DNA from: Ruditapes philippinarum
Lineage: Eukaryota
NCBI RefSeq assembly: GCF_026571515.1
Contig: NW_026852865.1
Location: 1 to 64,000, forward strand
Direction of reading: 5' to 3'
Length of the DNA: 64,000 bases
Under the pieces are notes generated by a model. That model searched no databases. It saw nothing but the letters and a program-made list of their open reading frames with translations, and was not told the DNA's origin. Both the position numbers and the translations under genes were made by a program. Below, one piece after another: positions 1-15,055 of the stretch. Position 1 is the first letter of the stretch; each line of letters opens with the position of its first letter.

Positions 1-887
1 GCATGTTGATTGAGTATTTTTATTTTCTGAAATCATTTCATAAATCATTTTCAGCGCACACTGCCAATCAAATTTCTTCCTTTAATCATTTGTTTATGGA
101 AATATTTTGTGGTTTTGGGGCAATTATCCTTTTCTTTTGTATTTATATATTATGATTTTATATATTATAAAATTTTTTCACAGGTATTTGGCATTACCTT
201 TTTTCCATAGGAAGATCATTTTAGGGAGCAAGTTTTTCTGTTGAATTCACATATATCCATGAAAATGTTGTTCATTTTCCCCTCTCTGAAATTATAGAAA
301 AACTAAAAGGGAAAATTAAGCTTATACTAATGTTATGTATACGTCTTTGAAAGCTAACTGCATTTGGAAAGCATAAATTGATGACATCACTTGTTAATTT
401 TTAATGGAACAAACAACATATCATTGTGATTGTCCATTAAATAATAACAAAGTGCACGAGTAAGATTCTAAAATATATTGTTGGATAAGGGGTGTCACGG
501 TTAGAAAAAAGGTAACTGTTTAAACGGTGAACGTAAATTACTAGTAGTTAAAAACATTTAAAACTGACCAAATAAAATGCCAATGAACAAATGCATGTGT
601 ATTTGAATTTTGTTAGGCTCCAAAGAAACACTAAATTTGGATAAAAGCAAGAGTTGTAATTTCTGGACATATTGTAGTCACATGACATCATAATAATTGA
701 CATGAGATCATAATTTTGTGACAACTTCATAATACAACACTGTTGCTACATAGATCCCAGTTTATCACGATTATATCAAGTTTATAATGACTGTTAGTAT
801 GGTACTGTTCTCTCAGATCAGAGTACATTTTATATAGACATTTTTTATTCTGATAAGCCAAGTAAACAAAAATGACAATTTCATTTA

Positions 888-1008
888 CTGATACTTTCAA
901 ATATCCCATAATTCTGACAACATAGATGTAAGTTTTTACAAAATGGCAATTAATTTGCTGATACTTTCAAATATCCCATAATTCTCGACAAAATAGAAGA
1001 GTTTTTAC
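888..1008. repeat. ~70 bp tandem duplication
   Basis: ctgatactttcaaatatcccataattct(c)gacaa...agtttttac occurs twice. Confidence 0.8.
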
Positions 1009-1470
1009 CCCAAAGAAAAAAGAAATTCTATAGATACAGTGATAATGTGACTGAAGTCCATATTTTCTGTAAAGTTCCTGCTTGATTCTTGGTTTTAAGC
1101 CTATAACAGATAAAATATTTTGTCAGACGATATTTGGATCAATTTAGAGAAAAAGTGTAACATTGTATTGTTTTATATGCAACAATTTTATACTCCTGAG
1201 GCAAGCATTGACATTGTAACAATCAAATTTGTTATACCCATCCCTCTGACACTATAATTTTATCCATATTTTATGGATGAACTTGTGGGAATATGTTTCA
1301 GTTTCAAGACTATTAATGTCTTTTAGGACTTGAAATATTGCAAGGTGTTACTTTATAATTTACTTGATTGTGATTTTAAAGGCTGTACTTTATCTGCTGA
1401 ATATCATATTTTAACAATTTTATCACAACAGACTGAAAATTTTCATTGTAAACAAGAGTTATCCATATTT

Positions 1471-2085
1471 ACATAGCATTACAGTTGATTATGAAAGTTT
1501 AATTGAGTGCGACCCATTATGACATAGCATTACAGTTGAATATTAAAATTTAATTGAGTGTGACCAATACTAACATTGCATTACAGTTGAATATTAAAGT
1601 TTAATTGAGTGTTGTCCACAATTACATTGCATTACAGTTGAATATTAAAGTTTAATAGAGTGTTGTCCATAATGACACTGCATTACGGTTAAATATTAAA
1701 GTTTAATTGAGTGTGATCCATAATGACACTGCATTACGGTTGAATATTAAAGTTGAAATGAGTGTGATCCATAATGACATTGCATTACAGTTGAATATTA
1801 AAGTTTAATAGAGTGTTGTCCATAATGACACTGCATTACGGTTAAATATTAAAGTTTAATAGAGTGTGATCCATAATGACACTGCATTACGGTTGAATAT
1901 TAAAGTTGAAATGAGTGTGATCCATAATGACATTGCATTACAGTTGAATATTAAAGTTTAATAGAGTGTTGTCCATAATGACATTGCATTACAGTTGAAT
2001 ATTAAAGTTTAATTGAGTGTGGTCCATAATGACATTGCATTATTGAATATTACTTGAGTGTGATCTTTAATAACACATTTCATTA
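1471..2085. repeat. 51-bp minisatellite, ~12 copies
   Basis: Unit acattgcattacagttgaatattaaagtttaattgagtgtgatccataatg starting at 1471, 1522, 1573 ... 2032. Confidence 0.95.
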
Positions 2086-5000
2086 CAAATAAAGTTTTTA
2101 TTTGAATAATAGAAAGTAATTGATATAGAAAATAAAAGATGCTTGGTTAGAAAAACTTGATCTATTACTTGTCCTTTGCTTTTGTGGATTTTTTTCCTAC
2201 AGTGAGTTACTCTTGATGCTTTTGCCCATCATATGGTGTCTCAGTCTAGTAAAATCTATTTGCATTAACAAGTATTTTCAGATCAGATTCAAGATATTCT
2301 TAGAATAATCCAATTTTATCAATAGAGCATTAACCTGTAATAGAAAGTATATCACTTTGAATGGAATAAATCATCGGAATTATCACTGTCATCAAACATA
2401 AATCCAAATGAAAGTAAAGGAGTCGACAGAAATAAATCATCAGGATGTACAATTTTCTCCTGACATAATGGTGGCTATAATTTAGGATGGTTATGCTGTT
2501 TTTAAATAAGGAAAAACCATGAATTATGAGGCTTTCAGATGCTAAGAAAATAGGGCATAGTGACTTCTTTAACACATAATTATAATGATAAAAAAGAGGA
2601 TAAAAAGATGAAAAAATTTAATAAATTTGAAGAACATGAAGAATGTCAGTCAGTTCACTTTGATTCTGAATTGTCCTTTACCCCACTAAATATCTTTAAT
2701 GGACTTGTCTGTTGTTCATTTTGGACAATACCATTCATTTTGTATAGGGAAAATTTCAAAATACTGGTAAATACTAACTGAATATTGGATGGCATGGATG
2801 TGCCAGCTGATCTTGGTCTGCACTGGGTTGATAGGTACAATTTTTTGCCGCCAGGAGGCTAAGAGTTAAGATCATGATTTCGGAATGCTTTAACACTAGG
2901 TTTTGTATTATTGTATCAGTGGCAGCTGTCATGGTAATAAAATCAGGAATTTCTTTTACATTTGATAATATGATCTAATGTGAGTGACATCTTAATCTTG
3001 GCTTAATGTTCAAGACATTTAGCTTGCTAGACCCATACCAGATAGTTTAGAAAATTTTTGTTTTACTTTACTGAAGTAGTGGATGTGCAAACAGCTAGTG
3101 TGGTCACCATTAATTTTAGGGTACCAAAAATTGTGTTTCTTAGTTTTCAAATTGACATTGTTAGTCCTGAAATTTCAGTTGTATTTAAATATTATATATA
3201 TGTAACATTGGTTCATGAATGAATTTGAAAGAAAATAGTATGTGTGTTGGGTATATAAATGTTTACTAAAAGAAAAGTTGATGAAAATTTAGTTTTATTT
3301 CTATAAATTTCATTCTGTCTAAAGAGAAGAACAGATTTACAGACCGGATTGGCTGGGTTAGCTTGTCTAAAATATCTTACATGATTAGGGGTCACGATTG
3401 CAGTGGTGGGTCGATTTTAGGTAAATGCCTGGAATATCTTAAATTTCCAAGAGGAAGAAGGGGGTGTGGATGGGTTGGGGGAGCTTGTTTTAAATAACTT
3501 ACATAATCAAGGGTTAATTTTAGTTTTGGGGTGTGTATTTTAAATATCTTATATGGTTATAGCAGGTTCAGGAATAGATGACTTCCAAAAAAATTTGCTT
3601 AGATTTCTAGATTTTCTAGGTTACTATTCAAGTCATGTTTTTGTCGTCTTACTTGTTATTTACCAATCTATAATAAAATTACATTGAATTGATGGTGCCA
3701 GACTTTATTCTGCCTTAGAAGTTATTTTGCAATTCCACTACACCACAAACCATTATACTTTCTCTACTTGAATATCCCTCTAGGGAAAGAACTGGAAATA
3801 TGAAATAAAATCATAATCTTGCATCAGAAAGTGGTGTTTAAAGTTGATGGAAATGATGCGAGTTTTACCGCACAATACTCTGGTTAATTATTATTAGAAG
3901 CAATAAGTTCTGCACCTACCTTCAACATTTTTTGAAGCAATAATTTCTGCACCAAGCTTAGAAGCAAAGTTTTTATAATTTATATCGGTTATAAAGAAAG
4001 GTGAGATTGGTCATAAAAGATAAGAACATTTTATTCTTACCCATGGTAAATTGTTATATGTGCAGTTTTACTTTTCATCTTCTCTCATGTCGGTGATTCT
4101 TTTACCAAAGTTTGCACCTGAAATACAGGATTAATTCTAAGAACAATGAAACATAAAGATATTGATACATTCATTTAAATATTTGGCAAAAAAATAAAAG
4201 GTAAATGCTGAGTAATATTTGGTCCTGAATAAAAATTCTGTTATTGAATTGATAGAAGTATATAAAGATATCATACTTGAAACATCAGTAACTATGACCA
4301 TAAAAAACAAATCTTAAAATTTTGAATTTGAAATAACATTCATTTGTTTTAAACAGTCTGCATATATTAACAAATAATAGATTAACACTGGGTTTCTTGC
4401 TCAGCTTTTCAACCACTTGCCTGTCACAACTGAGGGTTCGAATCCCACAAGTGAGGTTGAATACATGCTTTGGAGGAAGATACTCAGAAAACATGCAGAA
4501 TAATTTTGCCAGCCAGTACTTGAATTGATGCAATTTGGAGGTTAGCAGATCTTCCTCAACTTAAGTTACAGTTTTGGAGTCTTTCTATTTGATCTTAACA
4601 ATGTCCGAGATGATACTTGAAACCATTCTTATAGCAAGATATAAAATGAAATATTAACATAGCTTTAAATTAAATGTTAAAATATAACAATAATGAGATG
4701 GTCTTTGTACATATAGTGATCACTTAACACAGGTTTAACTGTAAAAGACAACGTTTAAAACTGAGACAAACTATTATCTATACTGTATGATATTGGAGGA
4801 TGGCTAAATTTGGCACTATGACTCACGTGTTGCCCGGAGTATGACACTGTATCAGGCATAGATTGATACAAACTCTCTGATCAATACATCATAATCCAGA
4901 AATATTATTCATATTCATGTTTGATTAACCCTCCTACACTTTATTGCGGTTTTTTGAAAATTTTCTGATGAACCATTCTCTTTTCTAGAAACTTTAGGTT

Positions 5001-5675
5001 TTTTCTTGAGATTAAAGCTGATGTTATATGTATATTTTGGTTTTTGTGGTGAAATTTATTAAACTTTAAAGAAAATTCAAAGACATGCAAATGTATTGAC
5101 CTTTTTTTAGATATGAAAAAAAAAATGTTTTGATTTGATATGAACATTTTATAATGTAAAATTTTCTGTAGTTATTAATGTTTCTTCAGAAACTTTGTTC
5201 CTAACCCAAAGTTTATTCTAGCCAATAAAGCTCAAGGTTGTGGGCTTGAAATCAAGTTGATGTTGCATTTTTCACTGCAATGGCCTTATGTATGATAACA
5301 TAATAGGGCTTGTCTAATTCGTCAAGGCATTGAATGACTGGTTTGTTGCATATATTGTAGGCATCTTTGATTTTGATACACAAAAATTTAGTTAGTGTTT
5401 TTGTTATGAAAGGTTAGCAGTGGTATTTTTTACAAAAGTTCTATGATAAGAAAACTAATTTGCATACACAAAATCGTTACATTTTAACATCTCATCAGCA
5501 TTTAAAGAAATCTTAGATTTTCTAAGCAACAATCCTTATGGTAGTTTTTTCTTGTATCATGATGTAGGATTCACAGAGGTTGATCTATAGTCTGAAAGAC
5601 TAGGCAAGAAAGATGACTAGGAAAATAGAATAAAGTATTAATTGAGTCCGATGTAATGGCCTTGTCCATCAGACC

Positions 5676-5798
5676 GACCTGATTTGTGCAACAAACTGAC
5701 CTGATTTGTGCAACAAACTGACCTGATTTGTGCAACAAACTGACCTCAGATTTGTGCAACAAACTGACCTGATTTGCGCAACAAACTGATCTGACTTG
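5676..5798. repeat. 22-bp minisatellite, ~5.5 copies
   Basis: gacctgatttgtgcaacaaact head-to-tail, no spacers. Confidence 0.95.
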
Positions 5799-8700
5799 TA
5801 GGATAAGCTGGCTTGGCGCCTTACTGTACTAAAAGGCTGTTTCTATTTAAAGAACAAAGAATTAAGTACATATTAGAATGGTGAGCTTGACATATAGTAT
5901 AAAGTATGATTTCAAAAAAAATGTAAAAATTTGTTTAATATTACCTCCCTTTAATATTCCATGTCAGACAGTTTGTGTGATACTTGTTGATTAATCTAGA
6001 CTCTGTCATTACCATCATCATGGATTTTATAATTCTCTTAGAATTCCATACACATCCTTACATGTTAGGTCATGCTTTAACACAAATTACTCTTTTGCAC
6101 TACAGAAATGTAAAATTTTCAGATGATTCTTGGTGAAATAAACAGGGCATTAATAGATTTGATACTGAATGAAAAATGTTTTTGTTTTTTTTAAATATTT
6201 GATATTTGTAATTCCTTACAGGAAATTAACATACTCTTTCCTAAGGCTATAATTACTTTCTTGATATTAAAATGCTCTGATATAGTTAATGATATTGGGA
6301 CTGATGTAATATTAAATTGTGTAAGAAATTATTTATTTACAGTAAACATGCAGTATATTTTAGATATATTCTAAGCTCCAGAAGCATTTAAATTCAGTAT
6401 TTACCCGATAAAACACTTTACCAAGAATTTATTTTACACACTCTTACACAAATTTAAATTTCCAAATTAGGTCGAAAGTTATTTCCCAAGTTTCACAAAT
6501 ACATGATTACAACTGAATGAAAAAAGATTTATTCCAGATGTAGTTTTTGTTTAAATTTTTTTTAAAGCACTTTTTCCGTTGTTTTGCTAAAATTCCAAAT
6601 AGGTTGTATTTAAATCCAATATTATTGAATTATTGACACTCCTATCTCTAGCATTTAGGGAATGTCAGAATCCACTTTTCAAAAAAATGGAAAAACAACA
6701 TAACAGTTACTCGTTTTTTTTTTCTCCCATACAAACTCAGGAGAGAACTTGGCATTATCATTACTTGAATTGGTGTTGTCACTTATTACAAGAGACGAGT
6801 ATAATATAGAGTGACTAAGTTTCCCCTTTAAGGCGAAATGCTTACAGCTACAAGAGCCTCGTGTAATCAACTAGTTTTATAATCAATATGAACCTTCTAG
6901 TGTGATACTGACCCAATGGTTTTTCCCGTGGAATTAATGAACATTGACATGACTTACTGCCGTAAATTGCACGATCCCTTTGTCACCTAGTATAGGCGTA
7001 CCATTAAGCTCTGTGACAATGGACAATCAGAGGTTACTTAATGTAATACAGAAGTATCGCTGTTAAAAAAATCTGTATGTCTGGGATCATTGATCATCAT
7101 AATGGCTATATTCACAACTGGTATCAGTTCTTCATAGTTGATTTTTTATATAACTATTTAAAAAAAACAGGAGCTTTCCATCAGATCTGGGTTTCCTATC
7201 AGATCTAATGTTGGAATATAACTTTATATAATTTTATTCATGTCACTACTGTATTCTCATTTAGTCACTGGAGGTATCCATTGAACTTTAGAAAATGTGA
7301 GTATGATCATAATTCTTGGTCTTTGACTTTACCATTTTTTGTGAACATTTCGGATCAAGACTGATCATCTTTTGTTGCTTCAACCCATGCTACCAGTGCA
7401 GACCAAGATCCAATGGAATGACTTGTATGTTATGTCTGATCATGGACTGCACTGTTCACTATTCAGTCCGAGTCTAACTTTGTTAATAATTCTCTAAAAA
7501 TGATAAATGGTTGTGTCCAGATTGAAAGATGTACATGTCCATTATTTAGCATTGAGATACTTGGATATTGGCAAAATAATGTTGTGCAACGCACAATATA
7601 CATGGTATAGTCAGGTCAAGCTATCTGAATGTGCAAGTTAAATTCGCACGGAATTGTAATGATGGCAAATACAGGTTGTTATTGAAGCTACAGCTCAGAG
7701 AGTTAATCTATGAAATCTGCAAACATTAGTGGTCTTCCCTGCAAATTAATGATTTCACATTGTCAGTAATGTTCCTCATCAGTCATTTTACACTGGTTGA
7801 TCAATATATCATCTTAAGGTCAGACAGTGGGATTTTATCATTTCACTAAGTCCCTCTCTTGCTGTATTTATTAGCAGATATTTAAGTCAATGTTAAGTGA
7901 TTAGACCTAACGATTTGTACTTATATATCAAGTGTCAATTAAATCACCTTATGGCTCTAATGCCAGTCTCTGTTTTCACTTATATCCCCACATGTGACTA
8001 TTGCTAGTTCCATTTTAAGTCTACCACTTGACCCTTGCCAGTCAGTCTCAGTTTACAGTTAATTCTAACTAACTAAACCTATTGCAAATCAGCATGTACC
8101 CCACCCTCCCATGTGACCCTTGTTAGTCCTATTTTAAGTCAGCACATACCTGACCCCTTTCCATGTGAACCTTAGCTGAGTCTCATTTCACAATTACCTG
8201 CCCTCACTGCTATTTCAAGTATTAATTACTTCATTTGTATCCCTAATTTCCATTGCCTGAGTTGCAACCATTGAAAAAAGGACTTTTTGAGCCTCTCATA
8301 TGATTTACTATTTATGTTTTGCAAAAATCTTTGAAAATTGCAGTGTTGCATTATTCAGAAACAAAAGAAGTATTTGCTGCGTTTTTGACTTTGATGTAGT
8401 GAAGGCTTTCACAACATTGTAAACTTTGACCCAAGTTGCCAGAATTGTTGGTACATGTATTCATATACTCAGTTTATCTGGATTATTTCTGTAAATAAAA
8501 TTCAAAGAACAATTTGTGTAGTCATCGTACAGTGGATATATGGGACGTTACGATTCCATTTGTCTAATTTGGTAAACATTGATTTTTGTGCCATGCAGCA
8601 TGGTGTTGAAGTGATAGCAAAGAGATGCAATTTGTTTTCGAAGTCGTTTCTCAGGAAATTACGTGAAAAGCAGTGAGAGTAAGGAAATTACAGGAAACAT

Positions 8701-10294
8701 AGTTATCCATGGTCTGTTGCTAGTCCAATTCATTTGTAACAAGTTTATTCTTTTTTCGGGCCTATCTGTTGAGGTTATCTTTTAGCAGGGGAAAAAAGAA
8801 GAAGTAATTAGAGATAATCATTATATACTGTTATTTGTTTGATGAAGAATTGATTCACAAGACTGTGACAAAGTAATCTAATTTTTAATTCAATTTTGTC
8901 TCTTTTAATTTGGTATATTGTATAGTAAAAGTCATTTCACCCAATTGTTTGTACAAGTGTGTTATAACTTTTTTATTTATCATCAAAGCGAACAATTTTA
9001 AGTTCTGAATTTAGATATCAAATGCCTTTCTATCTTTCATATTCAGATTAAGTAATCTGTTGTTCTTAGTCATTTCTTTAAGACTTGCTTGACTATTCTA
9101 ACTGAGAGATATTAACTAAACCTTTGCGGACAGAGTATAGTAAGGCCAGTCTGCATCTCGGTGCAGTATACTGTTGACGTAAGATTTTTTTTCACCCTTC
9201 AATTAATATAAGTGGAAAGCTGGACAAGTCCATATAAAGAAATTCAGCAGTTTAAAAGTTTAAACTGGTCAGTTTGAAAATATGTCTTTTAATATCTGGA
9301 AGCTTATAGCTTGAGTGAAACAATATTTGAAATAAACTGATTTTATTCTATCTATGTAATAGAAAGAGCATCGAAACACGAAACACGAGGCTATCTGATT
9401 TGTACAAGCATCTGAATATGACATTTCTGTCACTTTCCCTTTCTCTGCTGTCACAATAAGTAAACCCCAGCAAAAATGAGCCAATCAATGGACATGCTCA
9501 GTGGAGTGCAGGTAACTAATACCTGCACTCCAGTTAAAGCACTGTGCATGTATATATATACGATTTAACTCACACATTTTCAACAGAAAGGTCCTCAAAC
9601 TATGATACAATTATTTTATATAATTATATCAAAAAATAGAAAAAATAAAAAATAATTATGAGAATTTTCTAATCACATGTGTAGATACCATATTCTATGT
9701 ATATTGTTTTGTGTATTGCTGTATTCATGTTGCATTGTTTTAAATGAAAGAGACAAAGTTTTTATTTCCGCATTAACATCATGTTCTGTTTTAGTGTTAA
9801 GTTAAATGAACCTTGCGTTATTTGTTATTTTATAAATGAAGACAAAACCTCAAAAAGCTAAAGAAAAGCGTTTGTTTTTTTATTGAACTGTTTATATTAG
9901 TTCTGTCTATAAATGAATACAAATATTGCCATACTAAACTGAAGTGTTTCTTGAACACCCCAATACAACGGGTTAAAATTATGGACCAGAAATAAGAAGA
10001 TAAAGCTTCTGTATGACCAATTAGGAACAATGGCATCTTGCAGAAATCTTGGTATATATTGTCTGAGAAAAGACTAGAAGCCTATCATTAAGGTTTGTCA
10101 AGCGTTATTGGTGTTTTCTAACAATACTTTCCCATCTCGCTATCTCCCTCCCCATGTTCTCAGACATTTGAGAAGATCAGAACAAATTGTGGGAGGAAAA
10201 CTTGTGTGAATTATATCTAGTCGACTTTTTTTTTTCTCTGCCCTGACTTTAAGAATCGTCTGGTCTTAGATTTATGTTTTCACAGTGAAGTTTT

Positions 10295-11731
10295 TTAGCT
10301 CGACTATTCGAAGAATATGAGAGCTATTGTAGTCGCCCCGGCGTCAGCGTCCGCGTCGGCGTCTGCGTTGGTTAAAGTTTTTTGTAAAGTCAAATATCTC
10401 AATTATTACTTGAGATATTCAATTGAAACTTACAATACTTATTTATAGTAACAAGGCACATCAGATTGACAAGTTGGATAACTCTGCCTACAATTTTGAC
10501 AGAATTATGCCCCTTTTTAACTTAGAAATTTTGGTTAAAGTTTTTTGTAAAGTCAAATATCTCAATCAATGCTTGAGATATTCAATTGAAACTTACAATA
10601 CTTATTTATAGTAACAAGGTTCATCAGATTGACAAGTTGGATAACTCTGCCTACAATATTGACAGAATTATGCCCCTTTTTAACTTAGAAATTTTGGTTA
10701 AAGTTTTTTGTAGAGTCAAATTTCTCAATTATTGCTTGAGATATTAAATTGAAACTTACAATACTTATTTATAGTAACAAGGTGCATCAGATTGACAAGT
10801 TGGATAACTCTGCCTACAATATTAACAGAATTATGCCCCTTTGGAACTTAGAAATTTTGGTTAAAGTTTTTTTGTAAAGTCAAATATCTCAATTATTGCT
10901 TGAGATATTCAATTGAAATTTAAAATACTTTTTTTATAGTAACAATGTACATCAGTTTGCAAAATTGCATAACTCTGCCTGCAATATTTGCAGAATTATT
11001 CGCCCCTTTGAAACTTAGAAATTTTGGTTAAAGATTAAAGGTCTTCAAAGATATTTACTTGAAACTTTACACATGCACTTAGGGTCATAATTGGAGGGTC
11101 ATAATTGTATGTCACTGACCAAGTTCCATAACTTTATCTTGCATTAAGGCTGATTCATATCCCCTTTTCTACTTAGTCTCTTGGTTAATGTTTACATGCA
11201 AGTTTTACATATCTCAATAACTATTAAAGATATTTATTAAAAACTTCACATATGCATTTAGGGTCATAATTGTAGGTCACTGACAAAGATCCATAATTCT
11301 ATCTTGCATTTAGGCTGATTTTTCTCCCCTTTTTCAACTTAGAAAATCATGGTTAAGTTTTTCTTGTAAGTTGTTATCTCAATAACTACTGAAGGGTTTG
11401 TGCCTTTTCAGGACAATTTTATGCATTCATAATAATAAAGCAGTGATTTACTTGATAAAACATCTTAATAACAAGCCTTTGTACCTTTTCTGTCAAATTT
11501 ATTTATTCATAGGTAATTAGTATTATTATACTCAATAAAACACCCTTGTGACATTACCTTCCGAATAGTCAAGCCAATACTGTATAATTAGACTCTCTCT
11601 TAGGCCTATAACATGAATTTATAAAAAAAATTAGCCCTTTTGTGAACTTAAAAAATTAAACAATATAAAGGCTCTTTTACTATCAAGCACTTAGAATAGT
11701 CGAGCGTGCTGTCCTACAGACAGCTCTTGTT
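10295..11731 (+). mobile_element. Non-autonomous Helentron-type (HINE/pearl-like) element with ~163-bp internal tandem repeats, copy 1
   Basis: subTIR gctcgactattc (10298) / gaatagtcgagc (11694), GC-rich microsatellite-like patch, ~4 core repeats, 3' hairpin gctgtc-ctaca-gacagc, ends cttgtt in a T run. Confidence 0.85.
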
Positions 11732-12379
11732 TGAAATCTTGACTCTTTTGTGATAAGTTTGTTGTTTTTTTTTGTGTTGTTGATTATGTTTTAGTTTCTT
11801 TTAACCTTTTTGGAATTGTATTATTGAATTAATGTAAAATTTGATACTATTTAAAAGTATAAAAGAAAGAATTAAAAACATAAAAAACTGTTGTATTCCT
11901 AACAATGGTACATGTACGTAAAATATTTTAACTCTGCTTATAGTTAAACACATGTCTGTCAAGTGATGTTTTATGCATGCAGACATTAAAAAAAAACAAT
12001 CAAAGAGACCGCAAAAGCTTCTTTGAAATATCTTTATATTTATAGGTTTGGTTAAGTTAATAAAAGTCAGAAAAGCCCTTTAAAATATTCATGCCAGTAC
12101 ACATAGGGACAAACTTCGAAAGGCGAGATATGTAAATTGAATGAAAAACTTATTGATTTTGTCATGAGCTTTTGTTCATAATTGTCATTACAGTAGAGAT
12201 TGAGTGCCTCAACCCTATACTTGCCTTGAATTTCCATATAATTCCAGTTCTCTGAACATTTGTATGAATTAGATATTGTCATTAAGGGACCAATAAGCAT
12301 CCTGTCTTATTCTAAAGTTCCATTTTAATGTTGTGATGAACATAATGTTGTTGATACGAACATGTTCTTCTTACATACC

Positions 12380-12454
12380 GTCACCTTACTGCAGTAACAG
12401 GTTAACTGCTTATATAATTTAATAGGAGCTAACCTATTACTGCACTAAGGTGAC
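12380..12454. mobile_element. 75-bp hairpin MITE (possibly Tc1/mariner-type, TA nearby at both ends), copy 1
   Basis: gtcaccttactgcagtaacaggtta...taacctattactgcactaaggtgac. Confidence 0.75.
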
Positions 12455-14866
12455 AATATATTTATGGTAAAAATAAAGAAACGAAAGAATGACATTTCAA
12501 ATTGTAGTTTTCAAGCTTTTAAAGTTCATACAAAAATGATTTAAAAAGTTGGATAAACTGGTTTCTAAAAATGGTTGAAGAATGATATATAAACAGGTAT
12601 TTTATAGAATCACTGATGTAAAATACCCCTTATTTTAAGAAAAATGTTTGAAAATATGGCTGCAGAAAGTGGGAGTCTCCCGCTTAATGTGGGAGAATTC
12701 ACATGTATGTATGTGTAAGCGGCTCAACACTTGGTTGAGATTTTCATACTGTCAAATCAAAGTAACAACTCAAGATATTTATTTGAACTTTTTATTCAGG
12801 ATCATAATTGTAGTGTCACTATCTAGGACATGTAACTCTTGCATTAAATCTTACTGAATTATTCTCCTTTTTAAACTTTTAATAGAACGGTAAAACCCTG
12901 CTGCAAAGTTCTTAGAATCACTGTAATAACTTAGTGTTAATTTGAAACTTCACAGATGTTTACTAGGTAATAATAATTTATCTAATTGATAAAGGCCCAT
13001 TACTCAAGCATTTATTTTCACTGAATTATTCCACTTTGTAGACTAAGGAAATTTCTGCTTTATGATAATTTTTTAAAGTAAATTATGTCTTAAGATAATT
13101 TGGTAGGTGACATTAGAAAATTCACCTAAATTTTGTTACTTACCAATGCAAATCTTGATATGATGCAAAGAAAGCTTAAAATAAGATAATTTCACTATAT
13201 GACAAGACAAATAACCTTATGCAATTTGACTTATTATTAAAAACAGAGATAATTTGAAAGTTGTCATTGTGAGTTTTGGCATTTAACAACATTGTCATAA
13301 TTGTATGATACTATTGAAAAATTGATTTTATTTTAAAAGTTGACTGTCTTTATTTGACATTAAGGTATGATTGTGAATTGCCATGAAATAATAAAGAAAA
13401 ACAATAACATTTTTAATAATCTTATAAATAATAATAATGATCTTCACCACTTTAGATTTAATTAGAACCGTGAATCTTATGATATTGTTTACCTTTGGGA
13501 AAAATGAGGAGGAGAAAAAGGTAAAGGAAACTCATATTTTTACGAGCTTTTCCGATATTGGATAAAGATTTTCAATTAAAGCTTAAACAAACATGTTTTA
13601 GCTTGGATTCCAATGATTGCACTTAATTGCCATCTGCGGAAAAAAAAACCCATACAGAGCAATTATTTTTCCTAAGTCTTAACGGCAATGAAATTTGCTG
13701 AAACAAGAAATAAAACCAGTAAGAACATGTGCCCAGTTTTTAGAAATCAATATCTGAAATCTTCCTGCTGTTTAAACTGTTGCTATTTGGTTACCATAGC
13801 GACTTGGAGATGTTTTTTCAATATGGGGGAGAAGTTACTGTGAGTTCTAGGACTTCTGATAATTTTTTTTATTATTTCTTTTTACGAAAATGGGGAAAAA
13901 TATGTTATGAGACTCCTACACTAAATTCATGAGTCAAGGACAGAAATGTTTGTTATTGTTGAAAAAATATTAAACATATTATAAACTAATGAACTGTTTA
14001 GTTATTTGAAAAATAATCCCTTCCCATAATTCAGACTTTTCTTTTCTGGTTTATACCATCATAGTGTTACAATCTATAATATGACAAATTGCTGTATATG
14101 CGAAAAAAATACTTCAGGGAATTTATGCATGAAAGAAATTCTTATGATATTGAATAACTTTTTATGATTGATTTGAACGAAGCCACTTTTTCTACTTAAT
14201 AATATTGTAAATGAAGTTCTATTAATATTTTAACATTAAAGATATATTAGTGGTGTTGAATAACAGTTGTCTCTAGGGCATCTTAGCTAAAGTAATGTTA
14301 CATATGAGACTTACATTTTGAAATCTTTTTAGTGCTAGATGGTGATATTAATTGACCCATGTAACACTATGGGATCAGACCAAAATGCATTTCACTGTTT
14401 CAAGTTGTCTGGACAATTTGTTTCTTGTTATGCACCAGTCATTTGTAACCCATCCCCAAGGGAAGTGGTGACCTAGTGCTTAAGGTGGTTGCCTCTCAAT
14501 CCAGGGCTCATTGGTTCAAGCCCTTCTAGGGTCACAACACCATGTTTCGTCACTGGTTATAGCCAGAGACTCAAAAGTGGTTAATTTGTGTTGTAAGAAC
14601 TTGGAGAAAAGTTGGCAGAGTTTTGTAGTGTATTGGTAGTTTAACTGAATCACAACTTTGATTTGTGCACAACTTGCTTCCTTAAAACCTTACCATGCTA
14701 TATGGACTTGCCCATCTTTCAGAATATTCATCATTGTTTATAGGGAATATTTCAACATGTTAAATGACTGAATATTGAACAGTGATGGCTCAGATTTTCT
14801 GGTAATCTTGGTCTCCATTGGTCGCATGCCGGTCATAGTAATTTTTGAAGAAATTAAATGGATGAA

Positions 14867-15055
14867 GCCCCTCCTCGTGTGGGTTCATATCGTGACAGGG
14901 ACTTTGGATTCTTACATGTGAGGAAGTTATCCAGCTGTGGTTCTACTAAGGTGCCTGTTTGTGCCTAAAATAAAGCATGGAAGGGCATCTGAGGGCTTCC
15001 TTATGACCTATACTGTGTCGGTGTGACATAAAACCCAATAAAACAAACAAACAAA
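14867..15055 (+). mobile_element. Degenerate SINE (same family as 55544-55751)
   Basis: catgtgaggaag..ccagct..ggttctac..tatgacctatactgtgtcggtgtgac..(aaac)n. Confidence 0.8.

Noticed and set aside
5676-5798. CRISPR-like short direct repeats
   Set aside because: Head-to-tail with no spacers, eukaryotic context, no cas genes.
12271-12335. Minus-strand sequence with a miR-133 seed-like TTGGTCCC and a partial 5p-like taaaatggaac
   Set aside because: The rest of the mature sequence does not match miR-133, the hairpin has large asymmetric bulges, and the same 11-mer recurs at ~8007, so it is likely chance.
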